64,000 nucleotides of DNA from Plasmodiophora brassicae (Eukaryota). Each line of letters begins with the position of its first letter. Position 1 is the first letter of the stretch. Shown here piece by piece: positions 34,307-46,998 of this stretch. The notes beneath the pieces are model-generated. The model saw only the letters and a list, made by a program, of their open reading frames with translations, was not told the DNA's origin and did not search any database. Where the stretch lies: contig CP145422.1 in the NCBI GenBank assembly GCA_036867785.1, positions 620,001 through 684,000 on the forward strand, given 5' to 3'. A program made the position numbers and the translations under genes.

Positions 34307-37300
34307 CTAAGCCTCGCTGCTCGCCAGGTCGTCCTTCAGGGATTCGCTGGGTCCCTGTGTTGCCGCCGTCAGCCGTCGAACCGAGGGAACGACGATCGCC
34401 ATGGGCCAACCTGCAAACGAGGAACCGGGACGTTGGGACGCCGGACCAGCCCTGGCATTGGAGGAAGCCTGCCGACGATTCACGTTAGTCTGCATGCTGG
34501 GGGCGTACGAGGCGGCGGTGGTACGCACGGGACTGCCTCGCTGCTGAACGCCAACGCGTCGTCCTCGTCCGACATCGCCCCGAAGTTCTCGAACTCGGAC
34601 TCATCCATGGAGCCCTTCTGGCCCGGGACCTTGGCGCGCCACGTCCTCGACTTGAACGCGTTTGTCAGCGTCGACAGCCTGCGCGCCACACCCTCCGTTC
34701 ATCGACGGCGGCACTGCCATCTCAGCCAACGCGGCCCGCTCTTACACGTTGCTCTTCGCAATCAGGGACACGGCCAGCAGGAGCGCCGCGATGATGAACA
34801 GGACGACCAGCAGGACCTTGCCGGCTCGCTTCGGGAACGACGAGCACCCGACCAGAACCGCGTCCCACTGCTCGCCGTTGACGCACGTGTCGCCCACGAT
34901 CCGCCTACACCGCCCCGACTTGTTAACCAACGAGCCCCCCGCGCGACGGTCCACCCCTGACCGGTATCCCTTCGTGATGCGGTGCATCCCCGTTGTGGCG
35001 CACAGGTCGCGGCTGAGATCCACGCCGGCGTCGACCGGGACGCATGGGCCGTCCGGGTCCTCGCGCCCGAACCCGACGTCGCACTCGAAGTCGCGTTCAG
35101 TGCACGGGCAGTGGCCCAGGTCGGCCTTCGGCAGCGACGCCGCTGGGCTGACGATGCACGACGCCGTGCGCTTCCGCCGCGTGTACGTCGTGATGTGCCC
35201 CAGCAGGCATTCGCCCGCCTTCCCGGGGCGATCGTCGGACGGCGTCCACGTCTCGTAGTCGGCGCCGTCGCACGGGCGCTCGTGGACGCCGGCGAGATCG
35301 AGCCGGACGACGACCGCGTCTGCGTTGTCGTGCCCGTAGACGAGGAACGTGGTCTGTGGGAAGCCGGCCGGGGCAACGACGACGTTGTCGACCTCGATCG
35401 GGCTGGAGGCGAACGCGTACTCGTTCCAGGTCAGGCCCTGGTCCCAGGTGTACAGCACCGTCGTCGTCGGCTGGGCGTCCTGCGCCATGACGATCAGCCC
35501 GCCGTGGTTGCCGAACTCGTAGATGTACGACCCGCGGGCGACCTCCTCCCAGGTCAGGCCCGCGTCTCGCGACAGGTACGTGCCCATGCCGACGGCGTCG
35601 TCGTTCAGGTGGGTGCCCACCTGGCCCACAACCTGTTTAGTCCCCTCCCCGCTGTGCATCGACACGCGCTGGTACCGTTCCAGTGGCCATGATGAGGCCG
35701 ACCGCGGCCGCGTTGCTGTAGAACGGCCCGTACTTGTCGACAATGCCATGCAGGTGAAGGTGGCAGTGGTCCTGGCCCCAGCAGTGGATCTCCTGGCCGA
35801 ACGCGTCGTACTGGGGTGCCTGCAGGTAACTCCAGCGGCCGCCCTTGTCGAACGAGATCACGGTGCGGACGTCGCCTGCGTTCCCGGACGCGTCCTGGCC
35901 CGCTCGCTTGCGGCCGCCCCGGGCGCCCATCGAGCCCGCGTCCAGCCAGCGGTTGACGACGGCCCCGTCGGAGTCCTCGTGATGGACGTAGTTGGCCAGG
36001 TACACGCCCTCGATGCCCTGGACGCGCTCAAAGTCGGCGTTGCCGGCCGCGTCGCGCCTATTGTTCGGTAGGCTCATCGAGAATTGCAACCCTGGCACGC
36101 GCTGGCGTTCAGCTGGTCGCGTACGAACGGCGCCCGTTGTCGAGAGGGGCGCACCTAACGAATCGGACACGTAGACGCTGCCCGACGAGTCGCCGGCGTC
36201 GGCGTGGTTGACGTGCACGAAGACGGCCCCTTCCGTCGAGTCGAGGATCGTGTAGCTGTGCTGGCGGAGCGTCGGGATGTTCGTCTCGAAGAAGGCGACT
36301 TTGTTGGCGGAGTCGCGCCCGCCCGAGTACAACGTCACCTGCAGGGTCGTCAGTCGCAGGGGCAGCCGGCAGGCGCGGGCCACCCCCCACCTTCGTGTTG
36401 TCGTCGGGGTCGACGGCCGCCACGAACATGAACGCGGCGGCCGTGGTCAGGAATCGGTTGCCGCCGGGGACCAGCACGTCGTACGACTGGAAGTAGTCGT
36501 CGGTCATCACGAAGTCGACATCGGGGTCCGACGCCTGGAACCGCTGCCCGCCGTGCTGATCGCACCGCGATCGTCAAACGACGTTCCGCTGGACTCTGTG
36601 CCAGATGCCCGCTGTACCTTGTTGTTGCTGACGGTTGCGAACAGGCGCCTGGGGCTGCCGGGCTCGTAGAACGAGCCACGTGCCCAGTCGGCTTGCGACA
36701 CGTAGTCGGCGATCGCGTTCCAGGTCTGGCCCAGGTCCTCGCTGACGTGCACCTACGCACATGATGAATGATGGTCAGCGTGCACGGTCGCGTCCGCCCA
36801 GTGATGCTCCTCACGACCTGCTGCACGCATCTGTGCTTGTCGCTGGTCTTCCCCGACCGGCACTGGGCGGTCAGCGCCAGCGCCAACAGCCACGACGCCT
36901 TCTCCGGGTGCGATTTCACGTCGGTGACGCGGTCCAGGCCCAGTGCCCTGAACGTGCTGCCGCCGTCGCTAGACACCGCGCTGGACGCGTCGCCCAAGAG
37001 CACCACCTGGCGGCTGGCGCGTCAGCGCGCGTCACCGAACGACTTGGTGCCGACTCACAAGTTGCCGCTCGACATGAGCGTACAGTTTGTCGAACGTCGC
37101 CTTCTTGGCGTCGTCCGGCATGTGGAGGCGGACGTCGTCCCACGTGCGCCCGTCGTCGGCGCTTCGGTAGACGCGGCCGGCGTTCGTGCGCGCGACGATC
37201 TTGTCGGCGGCCAGCCACTCCATCTGGGCGACACCGCCGTCCAGTTTGGACATGTGCTCCTTCAGGTCAACGTCGTCCCCAGACTGTGCGAGCTTCTTGG

Positions 37301-37619
37301 CCACCCGCTTGCCGTCCTTCTTCGCTTTCTTGTCCTTCCGCTTCGCCGCTGGCGCGTCCGGTGCCGGATGGTCGGGCGCTGTCGCATGCTTCTGGTCGTG
37401 GTTCTCGGCAGCGGAATCGTCGACGTGGTCAGGCTTGGCCATCTCCTTCTTGACGGCCTCGGCGACACGGGACACCTCATCCTGCACGGTGCGCTCCTCC
37501 ACGATCTTGTCGCGCACGATCTTCTCGATCGCCTTCGTGTCGACGTCGTCGGTCCCGGCGGCGACCACGACCTGCACCAGCAAGGCGGCGCCCACGAACG
37601 CCAACGACAACCTCCACAT
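34307..37619 (-). CDS. VPS10: Vps10/sortilin family sorting receptor, multi-exon
   Basis: Signal peptide; BNR/Asp-box motifs (YRSADDGRTW, SEDLGQTW, SFDKGGRW, SRDAGLTW, TWDQGLTW); DFERVQGIEGVYLAN; Cys-rich 10CC module (CLLGH...CPCTERDFECDVGF...CRRIVGDTC); TM and acidic tail. Confidence 0.92.
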
Positions 37620-37851
37620 AGTATACGAGTTATGCAACGGTCGGCAGGCCGCGTTTCGAGCGTCTGTGCCGGCCTAGAGAAGCAGACCCGGTCGTGCTGA
37701 ACGTCATACAGATTGCAACGTTACGGTCGCTGCTAAATATGTCTATATTGGGTTGTACTACACATGGAGAGAGGGCGGCCGCGATGGGATACAAGTCGAT
37801 AATAACGGTGGGAGCAGCAAAGGGACGGCCTCTGCACACAGCGGGGCCGGA

Positions 37852-39083
37852 TCACGAATCGTCGTTCGGGTCCTTCGTTGAGGACAGGTGAACGGACGTC
37901 GCCGGCTTGGTGGGCGAATCGTCCACCAGTGGGTCGATTGCCTTCTTCGGCGGGCTGTAGCGGGTTTTCGCCAGGGAGAACACGAGGACGCCGATGACGG
38001 CCGTCGAGCTGCCGATCCAGCCGAGCAGCGAGACGGGTGTGCGGAAGACAACAATGGCCGTGCCGATGACGAAGACACGCTTGAACGTGCTGCCGACCGC
38101 GTGCGTTACAGGCGAGACGGATTCCAGCGCCAGGAACGCGAACTCGTTGTACAGGAAGTACGACACGCCGCTGATCGCCAGCCACACCAGGGACATGGCC
38201 CCATCTTTGCTGTTCATTGCCGCCGTCCACCGCCCGACAAACTTGTCCGCGTCAGCAAGGACGCCCACAGGAAGCAGAAGGATGAACGAGATGATGGTCA
38301 GGACAGAATCTAACCAACAAGCGGAAGCCCGTCAGAATGGATGCCACCAATGATACGTGGAGCAATAAGCGCCACCGACAGAGGTTCTGGGCCTCCAGGT
38401 TGCGGCCCCTCGTGTCCTTCAGCTTCTCCTTGGAATAGATACCACGAAGCGACCCGCTAACGGCGGAGATGACGGCAGTGGCGAACGCCTTCCACGTAAA
38501 GGACAGCTCGGACACGGACGCCATCGCGATACCGGCGCAAACGGGGATCAGCGTCACGTACACTTGCCACGAGTAATACGTCCTCAGCAGGACGGCCGAC
38601 AGGATCGCCGTCGAGAACGGCTCGCCTGACCTACAGGATCGATGAGCGGCCCATCCGTGCAGGGCGACACCGAACCTACTTGATGATATGGGCGAAACTG
38701 ACCGCGCCAGCATCCATGGCGAGGATGCCCGCCAGGTGCGTCCCGCAATGGAAGACGGCGATCAGGACAAGCGGTTTCAGCGTCTGCCAGTCCAGAATGG
38801 GGGTCTTCCGCAGCTTGGTGAGCCAGAAGAACGCGATTATCGGGATCCCGGCGAACAGCTGAAACTCGGCGACGAGATACGGCATGGCCAGCGCCTGCAG
38901 CGCCTTCTTGTTGTAGATGTTGAAGACGACGGACAGGATGAACCAGGCGAGGAAGTAGAGCAGCGTCAGGAGGTTCGCCCTGAGGCGGGCGCGCCGATCC
39001 TCGGCGGCGGTCGCCGCCGCCGCCGCGCCCCGCGACTCGACATCGAAGGCGACCGTCACCGATTTCGCATCCGTCGCCGTCAT
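37852..39083 (-). CDS. Triose-phosphate/phosphate translocator family protein (plastid pPT-like)
   Basis: WFILSVVFNIYNKKAL; GAVSFAHIIKSGEPF; SELSFTWKAF; RGIYSK; YFLYNEFAFLALESVSPVTHAVGSTFKRVFVI; two introns. Confidence 0.9.
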
Positions 39084-39394
39084 GCCGGATAGGCCCGAAA
39101 ATAGCGATACCGTACTGGACGACGCTGCCACGTTGCTCACGCGGCAGGCTAATTACAGTTTTGACGGTGAGTGCGCCACCGCGCCCCCCACGGCGGTGCG
39201 GTGCTGTCCAGTCGCGCGCGGGCCCTGCCCCACGGGCCACGGAGGTCGCCCCGATATAACTGCGCGACTTGACCGGACTCGCAACTGCGCGCCCCCGACC
39301 CGTTGCTTCGGTCAACCGCGTCTGCGAAACCAGCGCCCAGCTGGATACGATGGGCCGGTTTAGAATACAGCGACCGGTAATTAAATATGCTATT

Positions 39395-40240
39395 CTATTT
39401 TCCGGTTCGCATGATTGGCCGGGCGCTCGCGTACATGTACTGGTCGGTTGCGATCCGGGATTTCTTCCAATCCTGGGGGCGCTCCGGCCGGCTGTACTCC
39501 AGGATCTCGTGCATGGGGCCAGGCCAGCGGAGCTGGTCCGGTTTCAGGATGATGCTGGAGATCATCGGCTGGAATCGGTGCTGGCGGCTGTAGAACCAGA
39601 ACTGCAGCTCGCCCTGGCCGGAGCCGTTCAGGAAGAGATGCCTCTCGATCAGCTTGTATTCCACGCCGTCCTCCGTGTAGATGTACCCTGGCTGCGGCAC
39701 AGTCGGGCACAGGAACGAAATGACATCGTCCTCGAGCTCGAGCACGTCCATCGCCACGCGGACCATGGTCTTCTCCAGCCAGACCGACACCTGTTGATCC
39801 GTCATCCGTTCCACTGGAAGCGACCTACACTGGCCCTCGATCTTCTCCGTGAACCTGACAACCACCAGACGCTTCCACCGGTCGGCGAGACGCACGGGAA
39901 TAATCGGTTTGCCGTCATATCCGGACGTCACTGCGTTCATCGTGTCGATCCCCGTCAGGACGCATTCCTTCATGCCGAGAGCGTCGAGTCGCTCGAGGCA
40001 CTCGGCCACGTCGTCCTCCGTCGCGTCCGGTTCAGGTTCCGGCATGGTCTTGTCCACCGCCGCACGATCAAACGGCGTCCAATCGTCCGGTCGCCGTTCT
40101 CGCGTCTCGAACCAGCTTCGCAGCCTGCGAATATGCTCGTCGTCCTCGTCTTCCGTCGCGCTCAGCGATAGCATACGCCGACAGGATATCGCTGGCAAGG
40201 GCGGCGTCCGCAGGCGACGCACGACAGCCCTGAGCGCCAT
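39395..40240 (-). CDS. Unannotated family member A1, intronless, mitochondrial-type presequence
   Basis: MALRAVVRRLRTPPLPAISCRRMLS; core TEDDVAECLERLDALG...PIIP...WKR...LEKTMVRVAMDVLELEDDVISFLCPTVPQPG. Confidence 0.75.
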   Translation of the reverse strand: MALRAVVRRLRTPPLPAISCRRMLSLSATEDEDDEHIRRLRSWFETRERRPDDWTPFDRAAVDKTMPEPEPDATEDDVAECLERLDALGMKECVLTGIDTMNAVTSGYDGKPIIPVRLADRWKRLVVVRFTEKIEGQCRSLPVERMTDQQVSVWLEKTMVRVAMDVLELEDDVISFLCPTVPQPGYIYTEDGVEYKLIERHLFLNGSGQGELQFWFYSRQHRFQPMISSIILKPDQLRWPGPMHEILEYSRPERPQDWKKSRIATDQYMYASARPIMRTGK

Positions 40241-40270
40241 CGTAGTATGCGCAACTGGCACTGTATTATT

Positions 40271-41185
40271 TTAGCTTTCCGTTGGCATGGGCGGCACGCG
40301 GCCCGGAGGCATGATCTCCCAGAGATGGCGAGGCCAAAGCATGTCATCGGGTTCCAGTTCGACAAGGGACTCCATGGCGGTCTCGTTGTCGGCGGTGCTG
40401 AGCCAGATCAGTTGCAGAACGGGCCGCTCGTTCCTGCCGAGGAACAGGTGCCGCTCCAGGAGCGTGTACTCGACGTTATCGTGTGTGTACTTGAAGGCAA
40501 GCGGAGGCATGGATGGCACCAGGAAGTCAATGAGGTCTTCCTCACCGGGGATCAACGAGACAGCAGCACGCATCATGATTCGCTCCAGGTGTCCCATCAC
40601 CATTTCGTTCGTCAGCGGCAGGTCCAGCAACTGCCAATCCTTATCAGCGACGTACGTCGCGAAGTCGAAGATGACATTGCGGCGCCAGTTCTCACGAATC
40701 GGGCCCGGGATGACGTTCTTGCCATCTGGACTCTTGAGCCATAGCCAATACGCGATGCCGTCCTGCACGATCCCGTCAAACTCGAACCTCTTCAGCATCT
40801 TCAGGCACAGCTCGACATCGTCATCCGTCGCTATCCTGCCACTGGGCTCCGGCGCTCTCATTTCCGGGTTGAAACGAAACTCGCCGGACGTCTCATTCGA
40901 CGCTCCAGGCTTCGTATCCGACACGTTCGGTGTCGGATCAGCCGCGCCCGGTCCCCCGTCGGATACGCTCGGCGTCGCGTCAGGTGCGTCTAGCGTCGCA
41001 GCGGGCGGTGCTGCGGGTCGCGGCATCTTGACGCGCTCCCGCTGCGCCCTGGTCGGCAGCTTCACGCCTCGAAGGTTGAACTTCACGTTCGACCCCAGCG
41101 ACGTCTCCGTCGCCAGCCGCCGCCTGCCATGCTGCGCCACCGCCCGCGCCTGCGCGCTCGCCCGCACCGCCACCCGCTTCCACAT
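40271..41185 (-). CDS. Unannotated family member A2, intronless, mitochondrial-type presequence
   Basis: MWKRVAVRASAQARAVAQHGRRRLAT; core TDDDVELCLKMLKRF...VIPGPIRENWRR...LERIMMRAAVSLIPGEEDLIDFLVPSMP. Confidence 0.75.
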   Translation of the reverse strand: MWKRVAVRASAQARAVAQHGRRRLATETSLGSNVKFNLRGVKLPTRAQRERVKMPRPAAPPAATLDAPDATPSVSDGGPGAADPTPNVSDTKPGASNETSGEFRFNPEMRAPEPSGRIATDDDVELCLKMLKRFEFDGIVQDGIAYWLWLKSPDGKNVIPGPIRENWRRNVIFDFATYVADKDWQLLDLPLTNEMVMGHLERIMMRAAVSLIPGEEDLIDFLVPSMPPLAFKYTHDNVEYTLLERHLFLGRNERPVLQLIWLSTADNETAMESLVELEPDDMLWPRHLWEIMPPGRVPPMPTES

Positions 41186-41299
41186 TTACGAATGGATCCC
41201 CCGCGCGACACAGCGGCAGTGCAGCTCTGGCCCCGGGGAACGCCCCGCGTTTACGTTACGGTGCGTCACCCCGCTGGCCTATGTAGCTCCAAATCGAAA

Positions 41300-43480
41300 G
41301 CGAGGACATTCATGTGCCCTGACTGGAAGGCGCTGCAATGCTGCGACCTCCGCTTCTATCTGCATTCCATGCGGCGCGTCCTCTCGGCCACGTCGCAGTT
41401 CAGCCCCAGCCAGCGTCCGTCCATTGAGGATTTCGCCGACCACTGGAAAGCGATCTTCGAGAAGACGGAAGTGGATGACGGCCCGCGCATGCGGTGTCCC
41501 CGACGTCGCCCCACTGACCTGGACGACGAGGAGCGTCAGGCGTTCGATCCTGCCGTCGTCAGCGCCATGATCAAACGGCGCCATGAGCGGATCCGGATGA
41601 AAGGGTGTTGGCCCGGACAGCATGATACCGATGGACCTCCTGAAGCGTGCCCCGTCTGCGGCCGGTACGGTCCCTGGATCTCCTGCATGTTCACCTGCTA
41701 GCTAGCTGTATGCAGCGCAGCTCGTGCCGTCCGAGTGGCGCTCGGCGCTCGGCGCTCGTCGTCCCAGTCCACAAGCGCAATAGCGAACCCGCTGACCCGA
41801 TCGACCAACTGGCGTTGTATCGCGCTGCAATCCCAGGAGGCGTACTAGACCTGCCTCGTCACGTATGTGCACACGAAGGGCTGGGTTTTGCAGATGCACT
41901 ACCTGCAGGCCGGGTTTCGGCGAGGCATCGGTGTCCCGGAAGCCGTGTTGGGGTGGCTGACGAGCTCACCTCGCACGTACTGGGCGTCGCGCCGCAAGCC
42001 ACTGATCGAGGTCCTTCTCGACATGCGGAAGGCGTACGACAGCGCCCGCCGCGTCCATGTGTACTCCACGCTGCGGATAGTCGAGGTGTGCCTGCCCATG
42101 TCATCGCCGTGCTGCGCGCAGGCACTTATGTTCGACGGGTGCCACGTCATAATCGCGCTTGGATGGGCAGCTCTCCGAGTGCATCGCCGCCCTCGTCGGC
42201 CTCTTCCAGGGCGCCATCGCATCTCCCGACTTGTTCGACGTCCTGATCGACGGTTTGCCCTATGCGATCGTGCCGCGGTTCGACGATAAATGCCCCGCGA
42301 TTGACCACACTCCGGTGCCCTGCCAGTTCTATGCCGACGACACACTTTTGCATGCAATCACCGACGAAATGGCAGAGGCCATGATGAACTTATGTCAGGA
42401 GTACACGGAGCGGGACGAACTAGAGTGGAACGCGTCGAGATCTACTTTATCCAGACCGAGGTCATCGTCCTGCAGCGCAGCCGGCAACGCGGTCCCTGAC
42501 CATCGGCGGCAACCGCGTCGTTGAGGGGCACGAGCTTGACAATCCTTCCTGGGAACGGCCGCTTCGATCACCAAGCCCACCTCGCTACACGAACAGCCCA
42601 GGCCGAGAAGACGATGATCGGCATCATGCAGACGGGCATGCTCAGCACGGAGCACCTGCCGATCGTCCGGAAGGCGCGTGTCGTCAACGCCTTGGTTCGC
42701 ACGCGGGCCGAGTACAGGCTCGCGGCCAGCAACGGGCATGTCGGCCTACTGAAGAAGCTCGACCTGCTGCAGAAGACGGCCGTCGCCCTGTTCTTCGGTG
42801 GGCACCGGCGCCGCTCCGGATCTGTACTGATGCTGCGCGCTACGCTGGGCTCGTCCCCGCCGCAGCACGCCATGCCAAGCTCCGCTCGAGGTCTGTCCTC
42901 AAGGAGATTTCCTGGTCCGAGCAGATCAAGGATGGAGACCGCGTCGCGCGCTGGGCGCTCAACGCGCAGCAGACTCAACAAGACGACCCTAGGCAGCAGG
43001 ATCAACGCGGATGCGACGGTCACCTACAGGAATGGCCATATTCAGGACCGCGAACCGCGAAGACCTCGCCGACGTCCAGGCCGGCCGCCCGATACGGAAG
43101 CGTCCGCGCCTGCCTGACCGCCAAGACGTACGTATACTGCTGCAAGCGCTCGAGCTGCACATCTGGATCATTGCCGACGCGTCCTGCAAGTTGATGCGCC
43201 TGCAGGTGCAGCCGAACAATACGCCGCTCCCGGCCGCGTACCATTCTGGAGACGACGCTTATGCGGTCGCAGCGTGGATCCTGAACCCCATCCCGGGCAC
43301 CAACGCCCAGTGCCGCGGGTGCAACGACAAGAGCCTGTCGAGGTACCATATCACTGCTCGATGTATTGACTCTATGAATCCGCATGCTCAGACCGATCAT
43401 CGATTGGCGTATACGTGCCCTGCACGTCAACCGAGCGGACACCGGCGTCGCCATCGACTACGTGGCCACCCAGCTTAACG
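41300..43480 (+). mobile_element. Decayed non-LTR (LINE-like) retrotransposon, frameshifted reverse transcriptase with C-terminal CCHC finger
   Basis: RT motifs across frames: ALVVPVHKR...LYRAAI; QAGFRRG; LLDMRKAYDS; GLFQGAIASPDLFDVLID; FYADDTLL; downstream CRGC...HITARC. No endonuclease domain seen. Boundaries approximate. Confidence 0.85.
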
Positions 43481-44189
43481 TCGACTATGCCCGACTGACA
43501 GCGCCGCCCACCAACGAAGCCGATCGGCTGTGACAATGACGGACGCCGACGGCAATGATGACGGGATATCGTACTCATCTGTATTGCGAACGCCGTTAGC
43601 CGATCGATCCAAGCCGAAGCTGGCCCAAAGCGTGAAGCACGCACGGCCGTGCCCCGTCTCGCCAAAGAACGCGCACAGTGCGCCCGACACGGAGCGATGC
43701 GCGCGGTCGTGGCGCCCGCCGTGAGCCCCACGCAGTCCGCCCGTCATTCTCCTGTCCTGCCCGCTCCCACGTCCGCCTCGCCGTTGTCGTTGGACTCTAC
43801 GCTGTGTATCACAATGCTTACAGAAGTCGTAAAAGCCTGCGTAACACCCGGCTCACGAGCAAATTCAGCATTTGGTGTTCGCTGTTGACTTCAACTGCGA
43901 AGTGGCTGTACGCCGTGGCAGCGGGCTTCGACTCGACCGCAGTGCTGGCGGTGACAGGAGGCGTATCCCTTCCTGATTCAATGCGGCACCTAGCGTGCGC
44001 TGTTGCACTGGAGCGTTGCGTGCATCGGCTGACGAAGTGCTGGACCGACCGACAAGTCCTGCCATCGAGGGCGACCTTGGCGACCCTTTTCCAACCCCAT
44101 GATCACTGTGTCTATTCGGAAACGCGGAGAAATTAACAAAGTGGATCTCACACACCAGGTGACTAGATCGTTCGATCTGTACCACACAT

Positions 44190-45500
44190 ATGTTAGCTCG
44201 GTGGATGGACGCTCGCATCCTCGGCGTCATTGCCTTGCTCTTGCAGATTGTTACCGCAGGCATTCGAATCGGCAATGACACGACCCAAATCCAGGCCGTG
44301 GAATTCGTATTCGCTGCCCACCCCTTCAACATGCGTTGTCGGCCGGTGTTCCTGACTGACGAGATGGCCACCAATATCCGCATGCCAACCATGCTGCCGA
44401 ACGCAACCGCCGTCCTCATCAACGCCATGGCGTACGCCAAAGATTACGAATCCTGGGCGACGCTCTGTGAATCGACGCCCGGATGTTCCGCTGTTGTCAT
44501 ACATAACCATCTGTCATCGTTCTCGCCACTGTCGTTTGAATCGTGGACATCACGAGGATCATCCAGCGACGGCGTCTTCTCCACTGTCCCATTCATGGAG
44601 ACGGCCACCAATCTATGCGATGTCATCCCATCAACCACATCGACTGTCGTCCTCCAGTCCGGCGATGTGAACGAGGCTCGCGTCCTATACCAGTCTTGGA
44701 CGAGTCGACTCATCCACTCGGCCATATGTCTAGCGAACGTTATTGTCATTATCTCTGCAGGTTCGAAACTGGCCGGATTCTATCGTGCCGGTACGTCGAT
44801 CCCCGTTGCCGTTGTGTTCGTTACCGTCCCCGAGATTATCGCAAGCTCCATGCGCTTCGTTTATCTTGCGAACGTCGCATGGTACGATGCACAAGGTCTT
44901 CCGGTCCGCCCCGTGCGTTATCTCGTCGTTGGATGGATATCGTTCACGTTCACCGGCATGGCCACAATGGGGTTCACCTTGCATGGCCACCTTCTCCAGG
45001 GCGCGGAGTGGTCCCGCCAACGGCGAATAACGGTGACGGCACTGCGCATGCTCCTGATCGCCTTCCTTCTATTGGATCAGGCCACACTGATCTACCTGAC
45101 GGTGACGTTGAAGGTGGCCATCACCAGTGGACTTAACGCCGCGATTTATACCCTGGCCACTGTCCCGTTAAGCCTCGGGTTCATTAAGTACGGCTCCGCC
45201 ATTGCAACGACGCTTCTGCGCAATGAATCAGTATTGCGCATCGGACCGAAATCGGATCGATTGCGACGACGACACTTCGCGCGGCGTGTCGTCATGAGTG
45301 GGATATGCGGGATAGTAACGGTCGCCTCAATGGTCTTCTATCAGTTCATCTATACCCGGTCGTTGTCCGCGTATGTTTACGCTCTGGCGCTCGGCACGGC
45401 TTGCTATACGGCGAGCGGGTTCCTACATGTCACCGCCTTCCAAGTCCGGCGGTCCACACATAACAGCAGCGCTGTCAAGCCTCTGGATCGTCCATCGTAA
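44190..45500 (+). CDS. Signal peptide + ectodomain + 7-transmembrane (GPCR-like) protein, intronless
   Basis: SP ILGVIALLLQIVTA; about 150-aa ectodomain; seven hydrophobic segments from LIHSAICLANVIVII to AYVYALALGTACYTASGFLHV; basic loop RLRRRHFARR before TM6. Confidence 0.8.
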   Translation: MLARWMDARILGVIALLLQIVTAGIRIGNDTTQIQAVEFVFAAHPFNMRCRPVFLTDEMATNIRMPTMLPNATAVLINAMAYAKDYESWATLCESTPGCSAVVIHNHLSSFSPLSFESWTSRGSSSDGVFSTVPFMETATNLCDVIPSTTSTVVLQSGDVNEARVLYQSWTSRLIHSAICLANVIVIISAGSKLAGFYRAGTSIPVAVVFVTVPEIIASSMRFVYLANVAWYDAQGLPVRPVRYLVVGWISFTFTGMATMGFTLHGHLLQGAEWSRQRRITVTALRMLLIAFLLLDQATLIYLTVTLKVAITSGLNAAIYTLATVPLSLGFIKYGSAIATTLLRNESVLRIGPKSDRLRRRHFARRVVMSGICGIVTVASMVFYQFIYTRSLSAYVYALALGTACYTASGFLHVTAFQVRRSTHNSSAVKPLDRPS

Positions 45501-46998
45501 CAGCTGTAGAAATGATCACGTTTACGTAAATCGCGCGCGCATGAGGGGTTTGTCCAATTCGGAGAGCAGTAAACCAGCGTCCAGTCAACCGGCGAGCGGT
45601 TCCAAAAATAGGGCCCACATGATTTTTTGCAGGCGGCCTCGGTGACATGCGGCAGTGCGGCGTGCTCACTGCTCGGACGCCTTCTACGCGAGGTCGCGAG
45701 GTCACGATGCGCATGCCCGTTGGAGGGCGGTATACGCCATAGACGTGGAGGCCTCTCAACGTGAAGCAGGCGCCGAATCCATGGTGGGCGTCGTCCGCGC
45801 GACCAACGACCCGACGACACGGCCGGTCGCCAACACCGCCTACTGCATCGTCGTACACGCCCGCCGGACATGCCGTTGTGTTCGGCCTCGCACGTCGCAG
45901 GACGATGGCACCCTGTCGCGCCAGTCTGCCGTGCCTGTGCCCGCGGCGACGTCGCTGCAGATAAGCGGCACGGCCCAGCGAACCCACGACGACCACAGAG
46001 CGTCCTGCTGGACGCCTGCCGGCGTGCCCCGATCTGTCTGTGTGAACGCCCTGCACTTGCAGCACTGGTACGTGTCGTCGTCTGATGCATTGGCGCGCAG
46101 GCCCTCTAACATGCTGGACAGGACCCACGTGCCGTTGCCTGCCGTCGTCCGTCCAGCATGAGCACCTGCAGGGCAGCTGTCGTCGTGTCTAGGCGGATCT
46201 GATCCAGCGTCTCGCCGGCATGCTCCTCAGCTGAGGTGGCGCCCTGGACGTCCGCCGATCGGTGCAATCGGTCGCGCGCGCCTCTGTCCTGCACCATGCG
46301 ACGATGGCGGGCCGACCAAACAAAGGTTTCGCCGAGCTCCCCGTCTGCCTGGCGGGCGGCACCTGCCCGCCCTGCAGGTCATCCAGCAGGGCGGCGGCCG
46401 CCAGCGCCCGTTGCCGTCGATCGACATTCGAACGCCTGCCTGATATCGACGACTCGCCGCCTGCACATCGTCTCACCCAGAACCGTCCAATACAAGCAGA
46501 TGAGGTCGGCACGCGCGTACACCGGTCCTGCTGGTCATCCTCGGCCCAGCCGGCTCCGAACGGCAGCGTGCGCTGCAATCGGTACAGGGCGCGGCGCCCG
46601 TTGCCGTTCGACGGCAGTGACGTCGCCCCCGGCTGCGTGGCGTCCATGGCCGCCAAGGCCAGACGAGCACCGTAGGAATGCCGGGGATCGAAACACCCAG
46701 GGTGAGAAAGTTGCTGGCGTCCGATGCCCAGCAAACTCGTCACGTCCACTGCCTCCAAAGCGGGTAGATGCGCCCCCGAACCTGGACTTTGGCGACCTGG
46801 TTGTGCGGCGCGCGTCATCCGACATGTGTTGTTCCAGGAGGGGGATTTGTATTTGCCACAGCCGTGCTTTTGCGCTGGGCGGCGGGATGATTTTCGAACG
46901 GGCCCACGACTGGAGTCCGGAATGGGGGCCGCCATGTGACAGGTTCAGTTTTCGGCCGATTCGGCCTCTGCGATTTGTGACTGCCACCGCCGTCGGGG

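Noticed and set aside
45640-46900. Patchy coding-like sequence between the 7TM gene and the subtilase
   Set aside because: No consistent frame, splice model or domain; possibly a decayed gene but not supportable.
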